From Azolla caroliniana (Eukaryota; Plantae; Polypodiophyta), in NCBI GenBank assembly GCA_043228905.1, contig JBHGNT010000001.1, positions 25,606,001-25,670,000 of the forward strand: DNA of 64,000 nt, written 5' to 3'. The notes under the pieces are model-generated. The model was given only the letters and a program-made list of their open reading frames with translations, ran no database searches and was not told the origin of the DNA. Below are positions 38,301-48,101 of the stretch, one piece after another (the first letter of the stretch is position 1; each line of letters starts with the position of its first letter). A program made the translations under genes and the position numbers.

Positions 38301-38869
38301 AGGAACCCGCTCCCACCGATTTTGAGCTCTCGGAGCGTCTCGTCGGTGAAGGTGTGCCCTATGCAGGCCGGATCTCGTAGACTAGGGTCCGATGCAACCC
38401 CTTTGATTCTCGACGCGCTGTCCTCCGGTAAGGGTGCCGCGACTGGCCTTACCTTCCGGTCCACAGTCTTGTACTTGGTGCTTACGTGGGCCGTCCGAAC
38501 TGACTCGAGCCCTCGACCGAAGTCCGCGATGACTTCGTACATCTCCTCGGAACACACCGGTATCGTCCGGTCTTCGTTAAGGCCTTCTTCGACTACCTTT
38601 CCCAGCATTCCCAAGGTGTCGTCGAATGAGACCGCCTCCACGGCTCCGTTGATTTCCTCGTCCGGGCCGAGAACTCCGCACGCTCGAAGTCTCCCCTCCG
38701 CCTTTGTCTTCTCTCGGCCGCCGATGCCGACTATCGTACACGCTCCGCTGTCGGAGAACAAAAATTCCCTACCTATGGTACAAGGTTTCTTCGGTTTTAT
38801 CGTACAGGTGTGGGGTTTTCCCGGGGTGTCCGGACTGTCGCGGCCCCACGCCTTGGCAGCCCTCTCTAA
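35378..38869 (-). CDS. pol: Pol (RT, RNase H, integrase with HHCC, DDE and GPY/F; no chromodomain), probably entered by -1 frameshift
   Basis: 1127-aa ORF at 35378-38761, with the frame open up to the gag stop. Motifs: DLYSGYDQ, LPQG, FLDD, VDTS, H-x6-H..CESC, VDL/ADRG/VER, WFGPY. Confidence 0.95.
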   Translation of the reverse strand, partial: LERAAKAWGRDSPDTPGKPHTCTIKPKKPCTIGREFLFSDSGACTIVGIGGREKTKAEGRLRACGVLGPDEEINGAVEAVSFDDTLGMLGKVVEEGLNEDRTIPVCSEEMYEVIADFGRGLESVRTAHVSTKYKTVDRKVRPVAAPLPEDSASRIKGVASDPSLRDPACIGHTFTDETLRELKIGGSGFLLPAEEDRFRRMLGRRGKAFAFSPEEIGCVDPTIVEPMVIFTVPHVPWNLKPIPVPRAHIPKLMELLRQKVDMGILEPSSAPYSNRWFTVPKKNGSLRFIQDLQPVNRVTIRNAGIGPTIDEFAEAFAGRSIYSVGDLYSGYDQFQLAVESRDITTMRTPLGLVRMCTLPQGGTNSVAHMVNAMNKVLRDCIPDITMPFLDDIPIKGCPVEEKDETIGPDGCRRFVATHIDDCEKVLQRLEDARLTFSGEKSAFGQSEIMVVGHLCGPYGRKPSPAKVEAISAMKPDCSSVTEVRRFLGACAFYHIWIPHYAHVAEPLYGLLKKGRRFEWLDEHPASVRKLKEALAAAPALRKAVYGKGTPVFITVDTSPTGIGWVVNQEDEDGNRFPIRFGAKVLSERQRGYAQVKRELWGIVSAVKADKDYLIGTEVIIETDCLPILGMVSGCATPDLAMLRWIAYIKSLDPEIRHISGKDNAMADMLSRARFDDEGGMVSEDEEVGVDFFEAAYITTDGMSTPALNEFDASKYDGEWLQIGGFLKTMTPDASWTKDEANRIRKKAYRFLLRDGHLWKHPKKRNGVPLRVVAMKEEQEELLAAYHDSPWAGHRGTWATFEKLKGKYWWPGLYRDVHRFVSTCESCQMHSIVRHRDGLHPTYPPTIHFKWMVDLVTMPMGVGQMRYLVLAREDLTNQVEGRALQNKTTAAVCRFLIEDVICRYGCVGKIVADRGELDAEEAAELFDRLGVKLSLTTAYNPEANGKVERGHGPIVKALVRACGGQVGNWPRLLPYALWADRTTHSSVTGYMPTELMFGQKPIMPIERTISSWATVDWRDEMSQEELLAARIRQLERRPEDVALATEKLRVARTKNKARFDRTHRVRPKKIDEGDWVLVYDSSLDNQHRATRKFARRWFGPYTVQSANDNGTYHLAELDGTRIAILVAGKRIKAFKKRHDDEPDPILLDSSDDRSGAEEGPAGEE

Positions 38870-40992
38870 AAATCCTCTCGGTTATCGGAACCGAGGGAGT
38901 CGCGGTTACGCTCGTGGTTCGGCCTAACCGTCAAAAACTGGACCGAATGGCGCCCGTCCTGGCTCTTGACCCGCGCATAGGCCGAACCGTTGTCCAGCAC
39001 CTTGGTCTCCATTCGAGCCGCCGTGATGTACGGTTCTCCCAGTATGACGGAGTGCGATGACGACTCCTGCACGAAGAAGTGCTGGTCTATCTCGACATCG
39101 CCGATCTTGACCCGTACATTCGGGCAGGCCCCGTGAAGTTCCTCGGTGGCGCGCGTCGCCGCCCTTATCTTCCACCCGTGCTTGGTGTTGATCGGCCATT
39201 TGCCCTTCTTATAGAAGTCCATGGACATCAAATTGATCTCCGATCCGTGGTCCACCAAAGCTATCACCGGTTCCTGGACATCGCCGATCTTCACCGGGGT
39301 TTCCGTGGTCGCTCGGGCCCAGTGCGGTCTCGAATAGTGGCTTTCCGCCCACTCGTCTCCCAGCGCCATGTCGTCTAGGTGCGTCGTCCGCACTTCCACC
39401 GGTCTTTCCGGTTCTGTCTCCGTTGACAGCCTCTTCCGTTTCACCAAGTCCACGATGGAGTCGTGGAACTCCTTCTTGGCGATTCCCAGCACCTCCCGTA
39501 GCGACAGCTCCACCTTGCTGTCGAGGATCCGTTCCTCCAGGACCTTTCGTAAGTCCGTGGTTCTTTCTATCTCCGTCCCCAGACGGTACCCGCCCTTCTG
39601 GGGTTTATCTTGCGTACCGGCCCCGCCGGCTTCGTCCCGTCGTGGCCCGGACCGGGTCTCGTATCGTTGTGAGGGCCCGGTCGTCCCGGGTTTCCCCACC
39701 CGCTTCTCTTCTACCAGAGCCTCGTAGTTCCGGCAAGCGGCTTCCACGAAGCCCGTCTTTTCCTCGACCGGGTCGCTCCACCCGGTCATCTCCCGTACCC
39801 GTTTCTCCGCACGGTCCGATTCCTCCCTTTTAAGCCCTGCACCGGCAAGGCCTTCCAGCATCGTCGGCCAGAATCCGGCTTTGCTTTCCTTCCGGGCCTC
39901 GCCGCCCCCGACTCGAATACCGGCCGACGCCGAGTAGTGGACGGTTTCCGCATGTCGGGCCGCCGCCTCTTCCATCAACCTCTTCATTCCGCCTCGCCCG
40001 TCGTTTCGGTTTAGGGCCCTTCTCGTGTCGTTGGCGTGAACCCGGCCTTCCCATAGGTACACCACCCGGTTCCTCAGCGCCTCTGCGAAATCGCCGCAGT
40101 CTTTTCGGATGTGGCCGACCCCGTCGCACCACATGCACCTGTTCCCTGCCGCCGGCCGTCGGTCACGAGCAGGTCCTCCGCCTTCTCTGCGGGCTTGTGC
40201 GATTTGGAGGTCTTTTATCGCCCTCGTCAGTTCCTCCAACGCAGCTCCCCGAGTCGAGCCTCCGATCATGCCGGTCGGAGCCGAACCGGATTCCAGCCAC
40301 TCCCGAGTCTCTTCCCTTCGCACCGGCTGCGCCGGCTCGAGTTTCCTCGCCGCGACTGAGCCCGACCCGGTTGCTCTGTCATCCTCCCATTCTCGCCGTT
40401 TGTCGAAACGGCCGCAGGCTCTCTTGACCGCCGCCCAGTCGGCTGTCAGCCCATCTTCGGTTTCTAGCAGGGCGCCCACGTGACTCCGATCCCTCTCGTC
40501 AACCGATTTGACGAACAGCAGGACCCGGCTTGTATCCAGGACCATCCTGTCAAGCGCCGAAAGGCGCGCGAAGTTCTCCTCGAACTCCCGGAGGAGTGCC
40601 GACGCATTCCTTCCTTTCCCGGGAGACTCCACCCACTCCATGAAGCTTCGCTTCGAAAGCCGGAGCGCGTCGTCCAGTCCGTATTTTTCCAGGAGCCGAC
40701 CTTCGAACTCCTCCCAGGTACGGCTCTCCGCCCGCACCTCGAGCACCTCCGAGTGGATGCTCGGCATCGCCACTCGGGGAAAACCGGCAAGACGCCTGTC
40801 TTCCGGAATGTCCCGCATTAACATTTCTGCACCGTAGGACGCCAGGTACTTCGTGGCATCTTTTCCGGTGAATCGACCGATCGTTCCGACGACCGCCTCA
40901 ATAGCTCTATCGAGGGCGCCGGTGCCCTCGCGCGCGCTTACTATCCGATCCACGGCCGAAGCCATGGCCTCTGCAAGATCCGCCCCCTTCAT
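38866..40992 (-). CDS. gag: Gag-protease ORF1 (capsid, CCHC knuckle CMWCDGVGHIRKDC, aspartic protease LVDHGSEIN..VILGEPY)
   Basis: Uninterrupted ORF. First ATG at 40992; the track's GTG start at 41019 lies inside the PBS. Confidence 0.93.
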   Translation of the reverse strand: MKGADLAEAMASAVDRIVSAREGTGALDRAIEAVVGTIGRFTGKDATKYLASYGAEMLMRDIPEDRRLAGFPRVAMPSIHSEVLEVRAESRTWEEFEGRLLEKYGLDDALRLSKRSFMEWVESPGKGRNASALLREFEENFARLSALDRMVLDTSRVLLFVKSVDERDRSHVGALLETEDGLTADWAAVKRACGRFDKRREWEDDRATGSGSVAARKLEPAQPVRREETREWLESGSAPTGMIGGSTRGAALEELTRAIKDLQIAQARREGGGPARDRRPAAGNRCMWCDGVGHIRKDCGDFAEALRNRVVYLWEGRVHANDTRRALNRNDGRGGMKRLMEEAAARHAETVHYSASAGIRVGGGEARKESKAGFWPTMLEGLAGAGLKREESDRAEKRVREMTGWSDPVEEKTGFVEAACRNYEALVEEKRVGKPGTTGPSQRYETRSGPRRDEAGGAGTQDKPQKGGYRLGTEIERTTDLRKVLEERILDSKVELSLREVLGIAKKEFHDSIVDLVKRKRLSTETEPERPVEVRTTHLDDMALGDEWAESHYSRPHWARATTETPVKIGDVQEPVIALVDHGSEINLMSMDFYKKGKWPINTKHGWKIRAATRATEELHGACPNVRVKIGDVEIDQHFFVQESSSHSVILGEPYITAARMETKVLDNGSAYARVKSQDGRHSVQFLTVRPNHERNRDSLGSDNREDF

Positions 40993-41014
40993 TTCCCACT
41001 CTTCTGCCGCCTCT

Positions 41015-41032
41015 TTCACGTCGGGTTCACCA
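41015..41032 (-). promoter_or_regulatory. 18-nt PBS complementary to the plant tRNA-Trp 3' end
   Basis: TGGTGAACCCGACGTGAA, 3 nt from the LTR. Plant tRNA-Trp ends ..TTCACGTCGGGTTCACCA (recalled). Confidence 0.88.
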
Positions 41033-41035
41033 AGA

Positions 41036-41751
41036 TGTCGGGGTTACTACGCCCTTGCGTGTAGAAAGGAGGAGGGACCACGGGGGTCTCGAACCGAAGA
41101 GCGAGAGAGAGAGAAGAAAGAGAGAGACCCGATTACACAGAACCGAAGATCCGATTGCGCAGAACCGACGATTGCACAGGGACACGGCCCAACAAACAGA
41201 GATCACAAATGAACGCCGACACAGATGGACGCAACAACGAGAGATAAGTACTTATGAATGCAAGAAAACAACAGACTAAAGTATTACAACCCACGGTGGG
41301 GCACAAAATAGATGCTAACGAAAACGAACAGGGCGGCGAACAGCTGCCGACCCCTGTATGTCGCGACGCACAGAAGGGGAAAACAGGTCGGAGGTGCTGC
41401 AGGACGCACTCGGGGCGTTCCACGGAACAGCGCAAGCCTCCTCGAAACCTGCACAGGTACGCGATGGAGCAGAAGACAGAGAGAGCAGGAGTGAGAGAGA
41501 AGCTCCGAAATCGGTTCGGCAGCACTTCGTCCTCTCCGCGGGAGATGTCCTTCTCCTATTCTCCCTCTTCCTTTTTATAGCCCGTCAAGCGGCCGTTTGG
41601 CATTAACTGCATACCAACCGAATCTGCCCACCTAGGATCCTCGTATGTACCTACTTCGTCCTTAGGTACTTCTTGGCGCGCGTGTGTGTGTAGAGCCGTT
41701 TCCCACGCCTTGTTCCTCCGATTCCTCTTGTGGGCGGTTTTCTTCACGACA
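41036..41751 (-). repeat. 5' LTR of intact element
   Basis: TGTCGTG..CGACA. TATAAAA on minus strand near 41573-41579. Confidence 0.97.
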
Positions 41752-44700
41752 GCGCGTGAACCGGCTCTTCACGCGTGCGCGCCCTTTAATGTATATAATA
41801 GAGAATTAGGTACAAAGGTGTATCCTAGGTAGTTAGATTCGGTAGGTAGGAAGTTAATGAGGGAAACGGCTCCCTTCTTGAAGCTATAAAAGAGAGGGAG
41901 ACGCAACGTGAAAGGGATATATTATTATTTTGAGGAGGACGAAGTGTTGTGGGACCGAAACCGAACGCTTCTCCCCTGTTCGTTCTCCATCGCTCTTCTC
42001 TGCAGGTTTTTGGGAGGCTCACGCTGCTTCGAGGAACGCCCGTGTGCTTCCAGCAGCACCTCCATCCTATCCCCTTTCGTGCGCAGACGAGCAGGCATCA
42101 GCATCTATTCGCCGGCTTGTTCGGTTGTAACCGCTTGTGTGCTCTGTTGTTTATTTGTCATTCATTAATATACAAACATTCGTGTCTCTCTGTCTTTGTG
42201 TTCATTCGTGTCTTCTGCGTTGACAGGGCCGTGTCCCTGTGTTTCTTTGCTCATACGTAACCGAGTGTCTCTCTCTTTCTCTTTCCCCTTCTATCAGCTG
42301 CTAAATGGTTCAAGACCCCGGTGGTCCCGCCTCGTTTCTCCACGCACGCGCGTAGTAATGTGACATCTTTGGTGAACCCGACGTGAACAAGGCGGCAGAG
42401 GAGCAGAAGATGAGGGGGCCGGATCTTACAGAGGCCATGGCTTCGGCCGTGGACCAGATAGTGAGCGCCCGCGAGGGCACCGGCGCCCTTGACAGGGCTA
42501 TTGAGGTGATCGTCGGTACGATCGGCCGGTTCAGTGGAAAGGATACCACGAGTTATTTGGCGTCCTACCAAGCGGAGATGTTGATGAGGGATATTCCGGA
42601 AGAGAGGCATCTTGCCGGATTCCCTCGAGTGGCGATGCCGGGCATCCATGCGGAGGTGCTCGAGGTCCGGGTGGAGAGCCGGACCTGGGAGGAGTTCGAA
42701 GGACGGCTCCTGGAGAAATACGAGCTGGATGACGCGCTTCGACTTCGAAGCGAGGCTTCATGGAGTGGGTGGAGTCCCCCAACAAAGGAAGAAATGCGTC
42801 GGTACTCCTCCGGGAGTTTGAGGAACGCTTTGTGCGCCTTTCGGCGCTCGATCAGACCATTCTGGACACAAGTCGTGTCCTACTATTTGTCAAATCGGTT
42901 GACGCACGGGATCGGGAGCAAGTGGGCTCCTTACTGGAAACCGAAGACGGGCTGACGGTCGACTGGGCCGCGGTAAAAAGAGTCTGCAGCCGTTTTGACA
43001 AACGGTGGGAGTGGGCTGATACAGGGGCGGGTCCTGTCGCAGCAAGGAAGCTCGAACTGATACCACAGGGGCTGATAGTTGGCGTCGTTGGCCGAGAAAA
43101 GACAAGGGCAGAAGAGCGGCTTCGGGCGTGCGGAGTTCTTGGGCCCAGCGAGGAAATCAACGGAGTTGTGGAGGCGGTCTCCTTCGACGATACCTTGGGA
43201 ATACTGCGAGAGGTGGTCAGAGAGGGCCTTAAAGAGGACCGGACGATACCGGTTTGTTCAGAAGAGATGTACGAAGTCATCGCGGACTTCAGTTGAGGGC
43301 TCGAGTCGGATCGGACGGCCCGGGTTAACACGAAGTACAAGACTGTGGACCGGAAGGTAAGGCTAGTCGCGACACCCTTACCAGAGGGCAGTGAGTTGTG
43401 AATCAAGGGGGTCGCGTCAGACCCCAATTTACGAGATCCGGCCTGCATAGGACACACCTCCTTCACCGACAGAACGCTACGGGAGCTCAAAATCGGTCGG
43501 GGCGGGTTCCTACTGCCGGCAGAAGAAGACCGGTTTCGGAGAGTGCTCGGAAGGCATGGGAAAGCCTTCGCATTCTCACCGGAAGAGATCGAGTGCGTAG
43601 ACCCGATAGTCGTGAAGCCGATGGTGATATTCACGGTTCCGCATGTGCCGTGGAATCTCAAACCAATTCCGGTACCGAGAGCTCACATCCCGGAGTTGAT
43701 GGAGCTGTTGAGGCAGAAAGTCGATATGGGCATCCTCGAACCGTCGAGTGCCCCGTACTCAAACCGGTGGTTTACCGTACCGAAGAAGAACGGGACGTTG
43801 CGCTTCATTCAAGACCTGCAACCGGTCAACAGAGTGACCATTCGGAACGCAGGAATCGGACCAACGATAGACGAGTTCGCGGAGGCCTTCACCGGAAGGT
43901 CGATCTACTCGGTCGGTGATCTGTACTCGGGGTACGATCAGTTCCAACTAGCCGTAGAGAGCAGAGACATTACGACGATGCGGACTCCTCTCGGCCTAGT
44001 GCGGATGTGTACCTTGCCACAAGGAGGAACAAAGCCCGGTTCGACCGAACGCACCGACTCCGACCAAAGAAAATCGAGGAAGGCGACTAGGTGCTCTACG
44101 ACAGCAGCCTCGACAACCAGCTCCGGGCAACACGGAAGTTTGCAAAGCGGTGGTTCGGGCCTTACGTGGTAACGAGCGCCAACGACAACGGGACGTATCA
44201 CCTGGCGGAACTCGACGGTACGAGGATGGCGATACCGGTAGCAGGGAAGCAGATCAAAGCGTTCAAGAAGTGCAACGACGGCGAACCGGATCTAAGAGGC
44301 CCGGACAGCGACGACGAACAATCTGAAACGGAGGACGAACCGATGGACGAGGAACCGGAACCCGGACCGGTTTTCTCCAACCAGAACCCAATTTTGGCGC
44401 GTACCGGTGGATGCGCGGTTAGGTGGGGGCGGATGTCGTGAAGAAAACCGTCCCTTAGCGCAATTGGTGCATAGCGCGTGTGAACCGGCTCTTCACGCAT
44501 GCGCGCCCTTTAATGTATATAATAGAGAATTAGGTACAAAGGTATATCCTAGGTAGTTAGATTCGGTAGGTAGGAAGTTAATGAGGGAAACGGCTCCCTT
44601 CTTGAAGCTATAAAAGAGAGGGAGACGCAACGTGAAAGGGATATAGCATTATTTTGAGGAGGATGAAGTGTTGTGGGATCGAAACCGAACGCTTCTGCGC

Positions 44701-45445
44701 TGTTCGTTCTCCATCGCTCTTCTCTGCAGGTTTTCGGGAGGCTCGCGTTGCTTCGAGGAACGCCCGTGTGCTTCCGGCAGCACCTCCATCCTATCCCCTT
44801 TCGTGCGCAGACGAGCAGGCATCGGCATCTGTTCGTGGGCCTGTTCGGTTGTAACCGCTCGCGTGCTCTGTTGTTTATTTGTCATTCATTAATATACAAA
44901 CATTCGTGTCTCTCTGTCTCTGTGTCCATTCATGTCTTTTGCGTTGACAGGGTCGTGTCCCTGTGTTTCTTTGCTCATACGTAACCGAGCGTCTCTCTCT
45001 TTCTCTTTCCCCTTCTATCAGCTGTTGTTTGGTTCAAGACCCCGGTGGTTCCGCCTCGTTTCTCCACGCACGCGCGTAGTAACGTGATAGCGCCTAGGTT
45101 GCCGTCACTAGTCGGTTTCGGTCCGAACCGGGTCTCGTACCTTTGCGGGGGTACACCACGTTGGTCCTGAGCGCATCGGTGAAATCTGCGCAATCCTTCC
45201 GAATGTGACTGATCGCGTAACACCACATGCACCGCTGCCCAGCCGGCGGCCTCCGGTCGCAAGGTTGTTCGCCGCTGTCTCTCCGGGCCTGTGCGATCTG
45301 CAGGTCGCGCACCATCTATGTCAGCTCCTCTAGAGCCGCTCCTCCGGATGTGCCTCTGACCACGTCATTCGATGCCGACCCCGACTCTGGCCAGATTCGG
45401 GTCTCTTCCTTCCTTCCAGCCGACACCGATACCGGCTCCTCAAAC

Positions 45446-48101
45446 CTACATTTGAAGGTATTCAAGTGTCTTGCGTATGTGCATGTAGCTAAGAACCGAA
45501 GAGGAAAACTAGATCCGAAGACCCAGCCATGCATATTCCTCGGTTACGGCGACGATGAGTTCGGCTACCGAGTGTGGGACCTTGTCACTAAGAAGGTATT
45601 CCGGAATCAAGATATTATCTTCATGGAGGACAAGACGCTCGCCCACTAGGAGTCGGAGAAGAAGATAATGAACTCCGAGTCGACTGGTAAGGATCGATTC
45701 TACGATGAGCAGACCCAATCGGCAAGAGACCGGTTAGCACTCGAGGAACCAGCCGGTTATGGTGAGGATACCAAACCGGGAGAAGAAGAAGTAGAGGAAG
45801 CTGAAACCGGAACCGGCCAAGACCCCGAATCGGATTCGGATGAAGAGCAAATGGAGGAGACGGTTATCGAAGCCCAAAGACGGAGATATCCTCTCAGAGA
45901 GAGAAGGCCCCCCCGGAGATTTCCGGATGTAGAGCATGTGCTGCTAACCGATGAGGGGGAACCAGAAAGCTTCGAAGAAGCGAAGGATGACACCCACAAC
46001 CGCAAATGGTTAAGTGCCATGCAGGATGAGATGGATTCCCTGCATGAGAACCATACGTACGAATTGGTGGAGTTGCCGAAAGGAAAGCGGGCACTCCGAA
46101 ACAAGTGGGTGTACAAGTTGAAACTGGGAGATGCCGGCAACCCCCAGAGATACAAAGCCAGGATTGTGGTGAAGTGGTTCCAACAGAAGAAGGGCGTGGA
46201 CTTCGATGAGATATTTGCCCCGGTAGTAAAGATGACCTCTATCCAGACGATGCTGAATATAGCGGCAAGCATGGACCTCGAGGTAGAACAGCTAGACATG
46301 AAGACGACATTCCTTCACGGTGACCTCGAAGAGGAGATCTACATGCAGCAACCGGAAGGATTTGTGGAGAAAGGGAAGGAGCACCTGGTTTGCCGGTTGA
46401 AGAAGAGCCTGTACGGACTGAAGCAGGCTCCCCGACAATGGTACCGGAAGTTCGACTCCTTCATGATAGATCAAGGGTACCACAATACGCAGGCCGATCA
46501 CTGCGTGTTTGTGAAGAAGTTTGAAGGAGGCAACTTCTTGATACTCCTTTTGTATGTGGACGACATGTTGATCGTCGGACAGGACCAAGCCAGAATACGG
46601 ATGCTGAAGAAGGCTCTCAACCGAACTTTTGCAATGAAAGACTTGGGTCCGGCAAGACAAATGCTGGGGATGCACATCATCCGGGACCGGTCAAAGAAGC
46701 AATTGTGGCTGTCACAGGAGAAATACGTGACAAAGGTGCTTCAGTGGTTCAACATGTTAGAAGCGAAATCGGTCAGATCGACACTCCCGGCAAACTACAG
46801 ATTATCCGATAAGCAAAGCCCGAAGACGAAAGCAGAGAAGGTTGATATGATGAAGGTTCCACATGCCTCTGCTGTCGGGAGCTTAATGTACGCAATGGTG
46901 TGTACTCGACCGGATATAGGATACGCAGTCGGAGTGGTGAGCCGGTTTATGAGCAATCCCAGCAAGGAGCACTGGAACGCAGTCAAATGGATACTCCAGT
47001 ACCTGAAGGGCACTTCGAATAAGTGTCTCCGATTCGGCTCCGGTAAACCTCAACTTGATAGTTTTACCGTTTCAGACATGTCGGTTGATGTGGATACCAA
47101 CCGGTCTACATCCGGGTATGTAATGACATATGCAGGGGGAGCTGTTTCGTGACAGTCGAGGCTACAGAAGACGGTTGCGTTGTCAACCACGGAGGCGGAG
47201 TACATGGCGGATGTGGAAGCCGGCAAGGAAATATTATGGATGACGGACTTCATCGGAGAGCTCGATATCCGGCAAGATGAATACCGTCTCTATTGAGACA
47301 GTCAAAGTGCCATCCACCTTGCTAAGAATGCGGCCTACCATTCCCGGACGAAGCATATCCAGCGAAGGTATCACTGGATCCGGGAAAGAGTAGATGACCA
47401 GGAGTTCGCGCTGACGAAGATCCACACGACCGAGAACGGGTCAGATATGCTGACCAAAGTACTGATACCTGACAAGCTGGATGCATGTCGAAAGCAGATC
47501 GGACTAGTAAGACATCCCATGCCGGAGTGAAGGAGGAGTTTGTTAGGAAACAGGTCCCTCCGGATGGAAGTAAAAAGAACCGGATGACGAGTACCCGGCA
47601 AGAGCTGGATGGTGAAGGCCCGATGAGAAGTGCTCACCAGATGAAAGGACATATTTGTAAATATGTTTTTTGAGAGTCCATCGGGCCTATATTTGTAAAT
47701 AGCCGAAAAGTCATATTAGTATAAATATGACTTAGGGCAAACTTAGAGTGTAAGTGGTTGTTGTCATTCGTGTTGACGCAAGATTAGAGTGTAACAGTGT
47801 ACAGGGAGAGAGAGAGAGAGAAAGAGACGAAGATTTCGTATATTTGTTGTAACCGCCGCTTGTGGCGAAGACAGTGAACAAGAGGTCGTTGCCTCTGTGT
47901 TCATCTAGTGTATTTTGTTACATAGTGATAGTTAGCAGTCTGTGGACTGCCGTGGTTTTTTCCCGTGTTTGGGTTTTTCACGTAAACATCCTGTGTACTC
48001 TTCTCTCCATTGCGTCATGCATTCATTCCCGTTTTTCTGTGTTTGATTCTAAGCTTGGTTGTGGCCGAGCGTTGTTCATCGGGAGCATGTAGTTCCTGAC
48101 A
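45446..48101 (+). mobile_element. Ty1/Copia remnant 3: integrase C-terminus, RT, RNase H, PPT and 3' LTR (47541-48101)
   Basis: ORF 45668-47152 has YKARIV, SLYGLKQAPRQW and YVDD. RNase H ends at 47530. PPT GAAGGAGGAG. LTR ends TGTTAGGAA..TTCCTGACA. Same family as remnant 1 but a separate copy, since their homologous segments overlap. Confidence 0.92.

Larger units (their letters stand above)
34590..41751 (-). mobile_element. Intact, very young family W Ty3/Gypsy (7162 bp)
   Basis: 716-bp LTRs at 41036-41751 (5') and 34590-35305 (3'), with no difference seen and identical shadow ORFs at offset 6446. TSD GCGC. PBS, PPT and two uninterrupted ORFs present. Confidence 0.97.
34544..45089 (+). mobile_element. 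Internally deleted family W element; its 5' LTR (34544-34589 + 41756-42365) is split by the intact element; 3' LTR 44434-45089
   Basis: TSD GCGC at 34540-34543 and 45090-45093. Trp PBS at 42370-42387. gag joins pol near 43070 and RT joins integrase near 44030. PPT at 44419-44433. Confidence 0.9.
24757..45445 (-). mobile_element. Decayed family W element split into three pieces (24757-26216, 31380-34543, 45094-45445) by nested insertions
   Basis: Truncated 3' LTR to 25385, then PPT. Integrase is continuous across 26216/31380. RT at 32463-33647, protease at 33848-34200. gag is continuous across 34543/45094 (..SDGNLGA|PNGKKQAG..). Confidence 0.85.

Noticed and set aside
41015-41032. tRNA-Trp-like sequence
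   Set aside because: Only the 18-nt 3' complement is present next to an LTR. It is a PBS, not a tRNA gene.
2868-48101. Copia remnants 1 and 3 as two ends of a single element
   Set aside because: Both contain the same integrase C-terminal segment (~5105-5330 and ~45446-45690) and their LTRs differ, so they are separate copies.
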